Below the pieces are notes generated by a model, which was not told the origin of the DNA, made no database searches, and worked only from the letters and a program-made list of their open reading frames with translations. Positions 44,528-57,624 of a stretch of 64,000 nucleotides of DNA are shown here, piece after piece. Origin of the DNA: Takakia lepidozioides. Lineage: Eukaryota > Plantae > Bryophyta. Numbering within the stretch: position 1 is the stretch's first letter; each line of letters starts with the position of its first letter. The position numbers and the translations under genes are program-made. The stretch spans positions 42,470,001 to 42,534,000 of the forward strand of contig CM060734.1 in assembly GCA_030704615.1 (NCBI GenBank). The letters run 5' to 3'.

Positions 44528-47500
44528 GCCCAAAGATAGGGAGAAGAGAATCCCTGGTAGGGGTTTGCAGAAGGTAGAAGATGACATGTTCCAAATTCGT
44601 TCTAGGCTGGTTGTTTGCATAAATTAATCAGATTATATTGGAAGTAGGTGGAAAAGGCGCAGGGAATGGACCCTGGGACCCACTGAATGTTTAATCATTG
44701 TTTAAACACCAGGGTGGCAATCGGATGAGAAACTGATAGGAGGCGGCTTTCATTCATCCTGGCCCGGTGATTACTTAAGTTGCTAATGCATTATTGATTG
44801 GGTTTGGTATAGGAATTTAAGGGCGCTCCCAAATTGGAGAGCGGTTCTCCAACGCTCCGGACGTAAAGGGCGTTCCCAGGGCATTCCCCTGTTACCTTGA
44901 CGATAATTTGGTTAGTTCCAGGATCCTATGAGGGTTCTCTATTTCTACGGATTTCATGCATTTGTAGGAAGATTTTAATTATTTGTTCTTTATTATTCAG
45001 CAAGGTAAATTCACCTTTAATAAGGGATTTAATCCGGACCCCCTTAACTTTAAAAATGGAAGTTTTAAGGGAGGCATCGCCCCCTTCCGCCGAGGATATT
45101 TGAAGGTAAATACCCGGGGTCAACTCCCCTCACGGGGGAAGGGCGCGTCACCCGTGTTAGATGCGCCTTTCTATGGCGATTCTAAGCAACCTCCTTGGTT
45201 GACCTCCAGCCTAGAGGCGCCTAAGGCGCCGGCACTTTAGTGCTAGGCTCTGCCCTTTTTGGCAGCTCTTTACAAAATAGCTTAACCACTTATAAAGCTA
45301 GTTAGCACTGCCTCCCATGGTCCTCCATGGCCAGGGGGCTTATGAACATGTAAATGAATTTAATAATATGGAAATTTTGGCGATAGCTTCGCCGTCTCAT
45401 GCAATATGGCCGTTACCACTAAGCTAGAAATGGAACTTTGACAAGAGCTTCGCCACTTCATGCAAGCTTGTCCTCTCCTTAGACTTAATAATGGACATCT
45501 ACCCTCACTTCCCTGACGTCATTGGGTTAGATTCCTAAAAGCCCTGTCTCTTTGGGCTTCACACCTGTGCTCATCACACATGCACATCAAGATTCACACA
45601 CATCCTCTTTGAAAGAGGATTAGTTTTTATAAATTTCTAGCAAACAATGATATAAGGTCCCTTCTTGGGAAAGCTTGAACAACACACTGAACAAATGAAT
45701 TCAAAGGTCAAGATAATATGGTAAGTCACCCTCTGAAACAAGTGGAGCTTGGGATGCACTAAATCGCTCGGTAGAATGGTTCTCAAATTTGGTCCTCCTT
45801 CGGCCTCTTATTCGTCCTCAAGTCTCCCACTTCATGGAGCGCTTCCTCTACTTCTTGCCTCACATGGCCACAAGGCCTTGAGCTAGGACTATCCCGCTCT
45901 TAGTATGCTTGCTTCTACTATTAGAGAGCCACAAGCTCAACCCTCTAGCTAGCTCCCTCAAGCTCAAAACTAACTACACAAGCAAGAGGCCAAAGCAAAG
46001 AAATGAGTCTAGATGAAGAACAAGATGAGCTTGCTCTTCTTTTATTGTGTTTTTGGGGCCTCTTAAACTAGTGAATAATAGTCTTAAACTATTATTTCCT
46101 ACATGAGTCTATAATTTAAAAACGATAGAACACAATAAACTACTAACCATGGATGGAAAACCTTGGAGATAATGATAATGTGGTTTCTTCATCCATCCAA
46201 TGGATGACCAGTTGGCGCTAGGTTATTTTTTCATCCATCCAGCTTGCAGGTCGAATTTCCATTTTTCATCCATTGGATGAGCTAGAATTCCATTTAATCG
46301 TCCTTCGCAACTGCCTCCAGCTTGATAATTTGATGTCGTCTTTCATCACCTCCATAAATCACCAAACTTGGTGAAAATTTATAATTAGATGCCTCGTAGC
46401 TGCCCATAAATGCTCAGGGGAATCGGGGAAGAAAAGCCAACTTTTTCTGCTGGTTTCCATGGTTCTGCCATACAGGGAGTCTGCCGCTTTATGGCAGTTA
46501 AAATACTGGTGGTGCCCCAGGGGTTTTTGGCCCTGCCACTAGGTCATAGATCTTCTGGAGTTCCCTCCTACTCACTTTGCATCGCTGAGGAGTTCAAAAC
46601 TTCGCCGGAAAGCTCCTTCAACCGTCGTTTGCTCCGATACAGCACTTGCTTTGTTGCGATATTTCATCGCTATACAGATTGTTTTCCTCCAATTGCCAGG
46701 ACTCCTCGCCGTGTGCTCCTACTGGACTTGAAAGGCGGGAGAATAGAGAGATCGTAATCCGGGACTGGAACAGTCGTCATGTATTGTTTCGAACAGGTGC
46801 ATGTTGTCGTTACTGGTACTAAATTGGCAGCCTAATTCGCTGTCGATGCAGTGCCCTACGGTCATTTTGACGCCAGAGCTTCTCTCCATGGTCGTCTCCT
46901 ACATTATCTAAGTTCCTACGTGCTTTACCAGCGATTCCCAGATAACTCGCAAACTGCCCTGTTTTGGCAGTACAATGCCTAAACTGTCTGCCTTAAGATC
47001 AAAAACGATCTGAAAAGAAATTTGTTCTAGTATATGCATCTACACCCAGCACCTACATAGGCCCTCCAACTGTGGTTGATGGCATTAGTCACTTAAGGGA
47101 TAGTTTTCTATAATAGCCAGGCTTGCAGTACACTTTGATAGCAAAATGTGAGATTTGTGAAAATGATGTGATCTCAATGAGTCAATCTTATGGTAGGCCA
47201 AACATTCCCCAAAACGTATCCTGAAGCCCAATCATCTATTGTATCCCAAATAAAGTTTGTAAACACGGCCAGTTGGCCCTTTCCTAGGGTAACCGCATCT
47301 TCAATCCATTATCTTGCAGCAGCGTTGGGGATTCACATTGAATCCCTAATCTACTAATAAGATACACTTTCCAGCGTACTCAAGCAAAATGTTTGATACA
47401 TGACAACCTTTCCTGGAGGGTTATAGAACCTTCAGTGTGCCACATATTAAAACCTGCTCTACTCCCTACTGTCTCACAACTGAATTTAAGTTGGGCATCA

Positions 47501-48468
47501 AGATTAACTCTAAATCTTGCAACCATGCTACATTTTTACTTATCAAACCCTCTAGACATTAGCGAAGAACCTTCTGCCATTTAGAATGTTGTAATGTCAA
47601 GTTGCAACTCTCTTGTTTTCCAGCTTGTATCGTGTTTTCTTTTGTCCCATAAGCTCTTCTGAGCTTTCTATGGATGTCATAACGTTCTTTTCATTTCGTT
47701 TTTCCTTCACTATGGTTTGTCTTGTTCTTCTCGTGTTCCTTGGGCCCTCTGGGCCTCCCTTGTGATAAGCATCTTCTTTCTTTCTCTCTAATTTTTTGGG
47801 CTACATGGGCCCCCACAATGATACAAGGAGCACGTGTTTCGTAGCGTGTATTGCAAGAGAGCATTCAGTTTGAGGTTAGAACATTCCAGTATTCAAGTCG
47901 TGTTCCAATATCTTGTACTCTTGTTCATTGTTATAAAGATCGTCTTGATTCCTATTTACTCATCGTACATACGGCCACGCCGACCTTGACTTCTTGTAAG
48001 ATGGAAGGCACATTTGCGGAACTAGTCGCCACATTGCAGACTGACTCCTGTGAATGGCCAAACGATATCCCGCACCAATGGCAATGACACAGATCCCTCC
48101 TCTTCCGCTTCCCCTGAGTTCGAAAAATCTGACGTGAACTGGAAGCATATCAAGACTTCTATTAGGACAAACCTATTCTACAGATAGAAGCTCGGGCCAA
48201 GGTCTCTTCATGAATTTAGCTGTTTTCTGTGGCCTCAATACCCTGGTACTTGGTTCGTCCTTTGGACATGGAACATACGTTCTCCAAATACATTTGTAGT
48301 GTGTCATTAGCTGTCAGTATTGCAGCTGGTCATGGTTCGTCGGATCATCCGTCACGGAATGCCATGTGTTCAAGCCTTATGGCAGCCTACGGGCATCAAG
48401 GGTTTTAATTTTTTTCCCTTCAATAATTTTAATAAATTAAACCAGGGCATGTTCCCGGTTCTAAAAAC

Positions 48469-48499
<31 letters not shown>

Positions 48500-49146
48500 G
48501 CTTTTGTAATCAAAATCATGGATTCAATAAGATCTTGGGTTAGTATCTGCCACTAGGATATTTTTATTTTTATTTTTATTTATTTTTATTTTCAAAGCCC
48601 ATGTGGTGACTTCAATTTACAAGAAGATGCGGCTCCTATGGCGATACAAATGCCTTGCCCCGTGTGTGGGCGGTCTGCCTGGTCCTGTAGGTCTCATGGC
48701 CCATAAACGAAAGGGGGTTAATTTTTCCTCTCCTCCAGGGCCTGAATTGTGGACTGTCGCTCGAGCCAGGTTTCCTTTCTACGGAAACAAAAACAAAACA
48801 AAACAAAACAAATAACAAACAAATAAACAAACGGCTACATCCCAATATTGAAAGAAAATAAAAATAAAAATTGCTTAGGTCTCGTTTATAATGCAACCAA
48901 AAGTTTTCCCCCCTGAGGGTTACGTCCCTTCTTTATTATAAATAAATAAATAAACCAACAAGACATATTCTCCTACTTTTTAATTAGAGACACTTCTATT
49001 AGGAAGATGTAAGGACAATTTTTTGTAATCTATCACAATCTCTAACATTTTTTTTCCGATGTGGTATCCAAGTAGCTGCACAATATCCTTTTGAGACATG
49101 TAAATCACTTAGTATAAACATTAGTTAGAGATTCGTAAGATATTAA

Positions 49147-49579
49147 GGCCCCGGCCGCACCACACTGCTAACGTCTGTTAGGCTAGTGCCTAACTACTAC
49201 TAACTACAAAAGTACGGCCACACGGGCCTGCTTTAAATGTTTTAGCTCTAACTACTGCTATCTACTATTAACTAATCCTTTGTAGTTTATGGCGACTTTT
49301 AGCAGTACCTCCCCCCTAGTGCTAAATCTAAGCTGGAGCGCCGTTTTCGGGCAGCTGCCCACGCCATTTCGCCATTTCTAGGAAAAACGGCTAGCAAACG
49401 TGGCTGAGGGGAATCGGGCAGGGGTAGCGAACAATAGTTTATAACTAAAACTGCGCGTAACAAATGTTATACTAACTTTTCAGTTCGGTAGCGATAAAAA
49501 TTGGAGCAGCATTTAGGAAAGTGGGCCTGCTAAGACGTTAGCAGGCGTGCTATGCTAGCCGCGCCGTGCGGCCGGGGCC
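49147..49579. mobile_element. PIF/Harbinger (Tourist-like) MITE, 433 bp
   Basis: Perfect 14-bp TIR GGCCCCGGCCGCAC; TSD TAA on both sides; inner inverted CTGCTAACGTCT/AGACGTTAGCAG. Confidence 0.92.
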
Positions 49580-51129
49580 TAAGATTGAGAAATTTGAATT
49601 TTTGAATAATAATCTAATCAATTTGAAGGTGTTTCTATCAAGGTCATTCCTGGGCCGCGCGGTGTCCCATCGGAAAGCCTTCACGGCGAGGTTATTGTGA
49701 AAGAGGCTATTTTCTCCTCTCACTATCAAGGGGCCTGATTTGTGAGCTGTCACTCTCAGGTGTTTCCCTTTATTATTATTATTATTTTAAAAGGTCATTA
49801 CAACCATTCGCCTAATAATGTCTATTACATTCCATTTTCAAGGTAGATACGTACTTATAAGGTTTTTACTCTAATAACAACTTATTTAATTACCTAGACA
49901 TGTAAGCACACAAAAGGGAAACCAAACTTGCAAGGGATGTGGCTCTACCAGTTTTATTTTTATTTTTATCTTTATTTTTTATCCATAGTCGCTGGTGTGC
50001 CAAAAAAACGAGCTGACACCTCTAGAAAGGTTATGGGACAGGTGGCATGTTTGAATAGGTCCACAATGTCATACAAATTTCTTGGTGACAAGTGACAACC
50101 TCCTTGTTCTTCCTCCCGTTTTGGCAAATAAGTTAAAGAAAAGACGTTCATTTCCCTTTAGTGAGGTAGGAGCCCAAAAAGCAATGGAGCCTTTTTGCGA
50201 AAATTCGTGAAGAAGAAAATGGCTGGTTCTGTAAGGTTATTTTTTCCTTACCTTATTAATAAAATTCTCCAGGGCCTCTGTCCCCTGTTCCTATTTATTT
50301 ATTAAAAAAAACAATTGGGAAAGTCAGACTGTGACTATTAATGAAGTCAATGGAGAGTTGATGTGGCTGTCTCCTGCATTACTAGCTCTAACAAGGTGGC
50401 TCCCCAGACCCTTGTCATATCTGGATTCGGCGAAAAATATCATTTTCTTTCCCTTAAATTCCTTTGCACTAAAAGGTAGCCACCTTATTTACGACGTTGA
50501 AATCTGACGATAATAAGATCTTCAAGTTTACATACATAGTACACATTATTCATGAATTTATACAAAAACAATTGCTTATGAGTGGTGTATATGAAAGTTT
50601 ATAATATGACAAATATGCAGCCCAAGTCCCTCAAAAATTAAATTCAATTAAAGGGGAGTAGTCATCTAAAGGCTGTCCAAATATATGTGGGGCTTGCATC
50701 TGGGCCCTACACGGCGATTGCATGCTCTGTTTGTTTTTTTTTCTCTTTTTCCTCTTTTTTTGAAATAGCAAATGCATATTTTTCCCCATTCAAATAAAGT
50801 TCAGGGCTTCATCCCTTTGCAAGAAAGAAAAAAAGAAAAAAGACAAAAAAACATATGCAACTACATACTCCAACTCTCATGAGGCTTCTAGATTGTACTG
50901 ACGATGCAGTGGTCAAGATTGAGGACTTTACAATGGGGTTGCAAAGAAGAGGAGGGTGTGAAGGCATCCAGAGTGATATTGTATTTCTACGAAATTTCGT
51001 ATTTGAAAGTTCATAATATGACAATGTGTCATGGTATGTAAAATAAATTATTACCAAGTACAGTTTTATAGGTAATTTGTCTTCAAACAACTCTTGATAA
51101 AACCCCATTTTCTATCCTACAATTTTTTT

Positions 51130-51980
51130 AATCTAAGAATGTGAGGGCGGCCTTGGTATGATAGATCCAGAATCACAGATCATTGTGCTTCTTGCTAAAT
51201 TGATCTTGCGATCATTCTCACACCTGGACAGCCCTTGGTGCAAGATGATCAGAGCGCACCTGGTTCGATCTACCCTGGCCCCCTGCGTGGATGGGTAGTT
51301 CATGGCTTGTCCAGATTCCCTTCAAGAGGTTCCCAAACTTGGTGCTCTATTAGGCCTGGCAACGTATGCCCCCTCATCTATCTCAACAAAGGGACACCAC
51401 CTTTTGGAGGCCATCTGCCAGCCACTATTCACGATTACAATCTGTCGGCCACTGTTCGGGAATTACAATCTCGAATCAGAATCCCTCCTGAAATTTCATA
51501 AAAAATGGGTCACATGGGAGTCTACTGGCTTCTCTCACATTGCCAACGTCTGGGAGAATGGATCCCCGATTCCGATATCCCAAATTCGTCATCATCAACA
51601 CGAGCGCTCCATTGGTTCCGGATGGAATGACATCCTAGAGGGCATTTCTTACTTGGCTCCATTGTTGGCTACTCAATTGGCATACCTCGGTCATAATTCC
51701 CGCCCGGTTGGGTGGCTCTACGGGACTAGACTCCAATGTGTTGCTTGCATTATCTGCTGAGGGTGAGTGGGTTTCCGGACTGGGCTTTTTGGCCTCCCCC
51801 TCTGGCAGGCTCTTTGTGAACTCACGACGAACTGTCAGAAAATCGGACCTCTCCCACATCAGAGTTTTGGATTCAATCACATGGACTTCCAACCTCCTTC
51901 CAACCCTTTTCCTCCCCGCGGTTTGGGAGACGAGGGCCAGACATTCTAACCTCTCATGGTTTCTCGGTGGGGAATGCTAG
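51130..51980 (+). mobile_element. L1-clade LINE ORF2 remnant (post-RT region)
   Basis: EGGLGMIDPESQIIVLLAKLILRSF, matching the GGLG..D....ALL.K...R motif; degenerate downstream. Confidence 0.6.
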
Positions 51981-52135
51981 ATCGTGAGCCCAGCCCCGTG
52001 AAAGTGGTCGAAGATGTTAGGGCCTATTACCACGGTCGATCACCCATTCCTGTCGAAATTTGGCTATTGCAAAGCAGGCCTAAACGCAAACCCTAAACCT
52101 TAGATCATAAACCCCAAACCCCAACTGGGGTCAAT

Positions 52136-52696
52136 GAAGAAGAGGTGGAAAAAATTGGAGTGACATCGTGAAGCTTAACGAGGGTCTAATTTTGAAGATC
52201 AAGAGGTGAAAAAAACTAGAGCGACATCGTGAAGCTCAAGGAAAGTTTATTTTTGAAGAAGAGGTGAAAAATAAGTGGGAATGACATCGTGACGCTCAAC
52301 GAGGGTTTAATTTTGAAGAAGAGGTGGAAAAAAACTATAGTGACATTGTGAAGCTCAGCAAGGGTTTAATTTTGATGAAGAGGTGGAAAAAAACTGGAGT
52401 GACACCGTGAAGCTCAACGAGGGTTTAATTTTGAGGAAGGGGTAAAAAAAACTGGAGTGACATCGTGAAGCTCAACGAGGGTTTAATTTTGAAGAAGAGG
52501 GGAAAAAAATTGGAGGGACATCGTGAAGCTCAATGAAAGTTTATCTTTGAAGAAAAGGTGAAAAATAAGTGGGAGTGGCATCGTGAAGGTTAATGAGGTT
52601 TTGTTTTTTAAGAAAAGGTGAAAAAATGGGAGTTACATTGTGAAGCTTAATGAGGTTTTGTTCTTGAAGAAGAGGTGAAAAAAATGTGAGTTACAG
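52136..52696. repeat. ~59-bp tandem repeat, ~9.5 copies
   Basis: GAAGAAGAGGTGGAAAAAAACTGGAGTGACATCGTGAAGCTCAACGAGGGTTTAATTTT head-to-tail. Confidence 0.93.
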
Positions 52697-52736
52697 TGTG
52701 CTGTTTCGGATGAATATCATAGCTGGATCTTCCCCC

Positions 52737-54680
52737 TATGACAGCCTCTACCCCCGCGACTGCGTATTCGGTGCCACAGGCTTAGCGACTCAACATGCTT
52801 GGTCTGGGAATGGCCTCGCGCACCCGCCACCCGGTCCTCTCACACACGAAGCCCTTCAAGTCTTGTTGCCCACTCGTCCCCGTCTTCCATCACCATCCTC
52901 ATCCTCACACAACAAAAATCATCCGCGCACCACCACCCCTTGCTCCAACTTCCCTCGGGAGTCACGCCACGCGCAGTCATAAACCCCAACCAGCTTCGAT
53001 ATTCGCGCGCCCTGCCCTTCCCTAAGTATCTTCGCCACCGGGAACCCACTATTACCATGATTCTCCATGTCCAAAACACCGTCCTGGTCCCCATATCTCC
53101 ATACCTCCATACACATCTCAATTCTCTACTGTATGACACCCACCATATGACTACTGCCACTTACCCCACACAACCACCCCACAAACCCACCTCCACACAA
53201 TCTATAGGTCCAAAACCACCCAAAGCCTGGACTGACGCCCCTCCCCGCCCAACCACCGTACATGACGATGCAGTCCCCCCCCCCCCCCCCCCCCTATACA
53301 CCATGGACGCCCCTCTCCCAAATACTCCCCACTCCACTCACACTATACAGATGGCTCCCTCTCCAGCTTTCTACTCCGTAACCACCTCGCTTGCCCCACC
53401 TCTCATCACCATCACCATGACCGAAACCTTATTTCTGTTATTGTTGACCTCACTATCTCAATTGATCACCCCATCCATATTATTAAAGTTCGATCACAAA
53501 TCGACCTTGCTAGCAACGAGGAGGCCGATCTCCTAGCCCAACTTAGGGGCCTCTAAATCCCCAGTCGAACCCCGACAGATCCCATCCATATTGCACATGC
53601 CTATCCTTTCTGGCTAACCTACCCGGTCCCCGAACCCCCAGCTCCTCGGCCTATCCGGAACCTTCTTACTACACTAACCTGCGAAAGCCAACAAACAAAC
53701 ATCTGTTTCCCCCAGCCACACCAAACTACATATCCAAAAATGGACACAATCCACAGTCCTCCACCATAAACTGTCAAACCATTTCTACACATACAAGCTA
53801 CATGCGACGCCCAAATCAGACAAACACTCAAATTTAGGTAGGCCAGTACATGGGTCACCAACGTAAATACATTTTTTGGCCAAACATCTACCCATCCCCA
53901 CACTGCCCGTTATGCTCCCACATCCATGCGGCACGCGATACCTGGCTCCACCTCCTCAGCCTATGCCCACACCCAGTCATCCATGGGCTTCGTATCACCA
54001 GGCACAACCATGCGGTCTGGCACATCCACAAACTCCTACTCCGCCGCCCTGAAACTAGATGGTTCTCACTCATCAATGCAAGCACCTACCAAGGTCAACC
54101 CCCTAACCACATTGTCCCTACATGGCTACTCCCCTGTGCTTGTCGACCCCATCACCTTGCACCTGCCATGCCTGACTTTGCCCGGACATTCTCCTAGTAC
54201 AAGGGCTCCCCATTAACGCCCCCGCACCTACCCGCCCATCTCCAGATATTACCATTCACTTCATATAATTTACTTACTGCAATGACCGCTTCTCTAGTTC
54301 CTCGATCCTTGAAAAAAACCAAAAATACTACCCACTCTCCTCGCTATCTACAGACACGGCTGGAAGATAGGCCCCCTTACTGTCATTACCGCCGGCGCCA
54401 GAGGGGGCATCCACACCACCAATATCTCTGCTCTTCACAAAAAATTAAAATCCCATCACCCCTATCCACAAATGTTTTAAAGCTATCCACCTCACTGCAC
54501 TCTGCTCTCTTATTGCTATCATCACCAACAAGCATCAACTTGAATCAAATCCTCCCGTACCCTAGATATCCGTGACACCCCTTGGTACCCAGGTGGTACC
54601 ATTAGTTACATCCTCTCTACCGGTCACGGACATCTTCTTTTTATAGGACCCACCCCTGAAAAGGGTGTCAAGTTATTTTA
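52737..54680 (+). mobile_element. Non-LTR retrotransposon remnant with CCHC finger and restriction-like endonuclease (RandI/Dualen- or R2/NeSL-like); best preserved 53800-54575
   Basis: CPLC..DTWLHLLSLC..RHNHAVWHI; PDILLVQG..IHFI*FTYCNDRF; GWKIGPLTVITAGARGGIH. Confidence 0.7.
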
Positions 54681-54780
54681 CCTATAGTGTGAAACTAGCT
54701 AGAAAATAGTTAGTTTTGATATATTGACATTTGGGATTGATCCAAGTGTCAATCCAGGGCCCAATGTATTTTTGGGCACC

Positions 54781-55341
54781 TGGCGTGGACCGTCAGGAGA
54801 GGAGGAGAGTGCGGGGATTGCACCAGGACCACCTCAGTTGTCACCATTGGACACCACATCTATTGTGTGGCAGTATCCGGATGAAGGCATTTGCATTCTG
54901 GACTTGTTTGGCGGGATTAACACCGGATTGGCTGCTGTGCTACAGGCATGTGTATGGGTTCGGCATTACCTGTATGTGGAGAGGGATGAGATTGCACAAC
55001 GCGTCTCACTTCGCCATGTTGCTCAGTTGGTGCAGCAGTACCCTGAGTTGTTGCCGGGTTGTCTGAGTCGTGGATACCAGCAGGCCTTGCCAGCAGACAT
55101 TTCGTTGCTGGGGGCGCAGGATTTGGAGCGGGTTGGCTCCATTCATTTGGTGGTGGCAGGTTGGCCCTGCCAAGGGTATTCATCAGCCGGGCATGGCAAT
55201 GGATTGCGAGACTCGCGGTCGGGTCTGTTTTGGAAGATGGTGCGGGTTTTGCGCCACTTACAGCTTCATCTTAGCTGTATCTCCAGCATACATCTTGGAG
55301 AATGTGCCACTGATGGGCGATTCTTGGGCCAGGGTGATGGC
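54781..55341 (+). pseudogene. C5 cytosine DNA methyltransferase, motifs I-VI (retrotransposon-type), truncated by an LTR insertion
   Basis: ILDLFGGINTG (I), YVERD (II), ADI (III), VVAGWPCQGYSSAG (IV, catalytic Cys), DSRSGLF (V), and after a frameshift near 55270 YILENV (VI). No introns. Confidence 0.92.
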
Positions 55342-55914
55342 TGTTAAGGACAAGAACATGATTGAACACAAACAAGAAATCAGACTAGAGATACAAGACT
55401 AGACAAGAAGTCAAGGCCGGCGTGGCCGAATGCATGGTGGGTAAACATGAATGATCTTTATAACAATGGACAATAGTACAAGATACTGGAACTCGACTCG
55501 AATACTGGAATGCTGGAAACTGGACTGGGGTACCAGATACTGAAAACTGGACTTAGAGTACTGGAAGTTGGACTGGAGTACTGGGACTGGGAACAATAGT
55601 AGCTTGAACTTGTGTTGGCGAGACTGAAGAGTGTCCAGTCTCGCCTCATATATATACTGGCTACTAGGAGGTTCCCTAAGAGGCTTCCCCAAAGGAGGTA
55701 TATTGATGGAGAAGTTTCTTCAAATGAAGCTTCCTGAGCAGTTTCCCAAGTTACTCTCAGTAATTTGGTAAACTCCCGATAGCTTGGTAACTAATGGTAA
55801 CTTATGGTAAATCATGGTAGATCATGATAAATCACGGTAATTTTTGGTAACATGGTAACTTGGTAACTTCTGGTATTTACTCTGTGTAAGTTCATCTGGG
55901 CTATGTCTGTGACA
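55342..55914 (-). repeat. 3' LTR (573 bp) of another LTR element, with PPT at 55915-55927
   Basis: TGTTAAG...GTGACA; minus-strand PPT AGAGGAGGGGTGA adjacent; internal short ACTGG and TGGTAA repeats. Confidence 0.8.
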
Positions 55915-57374
55915 TCACCCCTCCTCTAGCGCCGAGTTCCTCGAGGAGCGGCAAAATCTTGGACTTGCTTAGAGTTGGAGAACCTCCATCCTTAGTGTGT
56001 ATCAGATACACTGAATGTGGAGTCTTCACCTTGAAGCTAACTTGGTTGACATCATCGTTGTGACGTCTTATTGACGTGTAGCTCAGGGCTTAGCTGGCCA
56101 CTAGTACAGATTATCGTTTTTATGACTGTAAATATCACTACATTTGTAGTGATAAGTGCGATTATGACTACATCACTATACAGTGATAAACACGAAGTCA
56201 GTTCTACCATCACTGCGGAGTGATAAGTGCGAAGTGATGGTCGTCACTGCAGACGTGGCACCTGCCCAACGACTCAGAGTGACGTGGGATGTAATGCTGT
56301 AGTCATAACTATACGACTACAAGGTTACGTGTCATGACTACACTTACGACTACGTCACTACAGATGAGCGCCAACATGGAGAGGTCTCTCTATGACTCGT
56401 GTGACCCCCCGGATGTATATGACTACACTTATGACTATATCACTACTCACTACATCACTGAAGGTAGCGCGTGGCATATTTCATGACTACAAATATGACT
56501 CTATCACTATAGCTTTGTTTTGGTTCTGGTAGGTCATCTAACACGTGTCTTTATTCGATTAGTTTTTAAAAAACATTAATGCTATTTTATTTATTTATTT
56601 CATGTAAATTTTATTTATCGTTTTGATATTCAGATGCGTTTAAATATTATAGAGCAATATATTTAATTGAATGAAAGAATTTCACACAAATACATAGATT
56701 GTCTCTGGAATGTCGATCATATTGCAAAATTCCAATGGAAAAATTTCCCATGGATGCCACAAAGGCTCTACAATCAAGAAGCTTGAAAGGCCATAGGGAT
56801 ATATAACCAAGCCTCAAAGGCTACAAGTCCCAAAACCCAAGCCCACACAGGGGCAGCAGTCCACTAGTACTCCTACAATTGAAAAGCTATATTTATATAT
56901 CACCATTGTGGCATATTTTCAACTACATTGCATCATGTTTCAGGAGCTTCAAGCTCCAAATTGTGGTGTTTCCTATCACCTGCCCCAACTCTCTCAGAGG
57001 AGCATACTTATGTTTGCCTCTTTGATGGATAGAGCAGCATAATCGAGTGGCACCACAGGGTACCCGTCACTCACCTTGCTCCCTTGCAGACCAACAAAAA
57101 GTCCACATCCAAGCGTTTGTTGTTGACATCAAGTAGCCGAACATAATCCCCCACCTTGAACTGTCATCCCAACTCCCACATACATAGAAGTATATATCGA
57201 AACTCCTTAGAAGTGTTGGACTAGCAACCAGCTACATACAACAGCAGCCCAAAAGCAACTACTGCTTAGGGGATTGCCTAAAGGCCTCTTGCAGGTAAGC
57301 TGCCAAGCATTTCTGATCCTCATAATGGAAGACTTTGGTGACAGATTGAGTCCCACGGAATAGACCATCAGATT

Positions 57375-57624
57375 CTACCCATGCAGGTTTCTTGTAGCTA
57401 TTGATCCACATGGAATCATAGGTAATCTTGTGCTTGAAATCCGACCCCCCTTGGATGAATCTGGACCCACACTCTATCTCTGCTCCTTCAGCTTATCACA
57501 CTAGTGCCTATGCTGATATTGCGTCTTCTACTCTCTGAAATGTAACAGGCATTCACCTTTTTGCCTCAGTTGTCCCACCATTGACTGGGGTCAGAAAAGT
57601 AATCATTCCACAGCTTCTCGTCAT
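57375..57624 (-). pseudogene. OSB-type PDF motif downstream of the PPR array
   Basis: EKLWNDYFSDPSQWWDN*GKK, GT..AG intron, IHP..SDFKHKITYDSMWINSYKKPAWV. Confidence 0.75.

Noticed and set aside
48390-50320. Short AT-tailed pieces as SINEs or ncRNA
   Set aside because: They look like LINE 3' tails and (AAAAC)n microsatellites, but no boundaries or TSDs could be fixed.
52136-52696. CRISPR array
   Set aside because: Units are head-to-tail with no unique spacers; eukaryotic context; no cas genes.
52799-53536. 245-aa Pro/Thr/His-rich ORF as a host gene
   Set aside because: C-rich strand bias of a decayed LINE; no recognisable domain.
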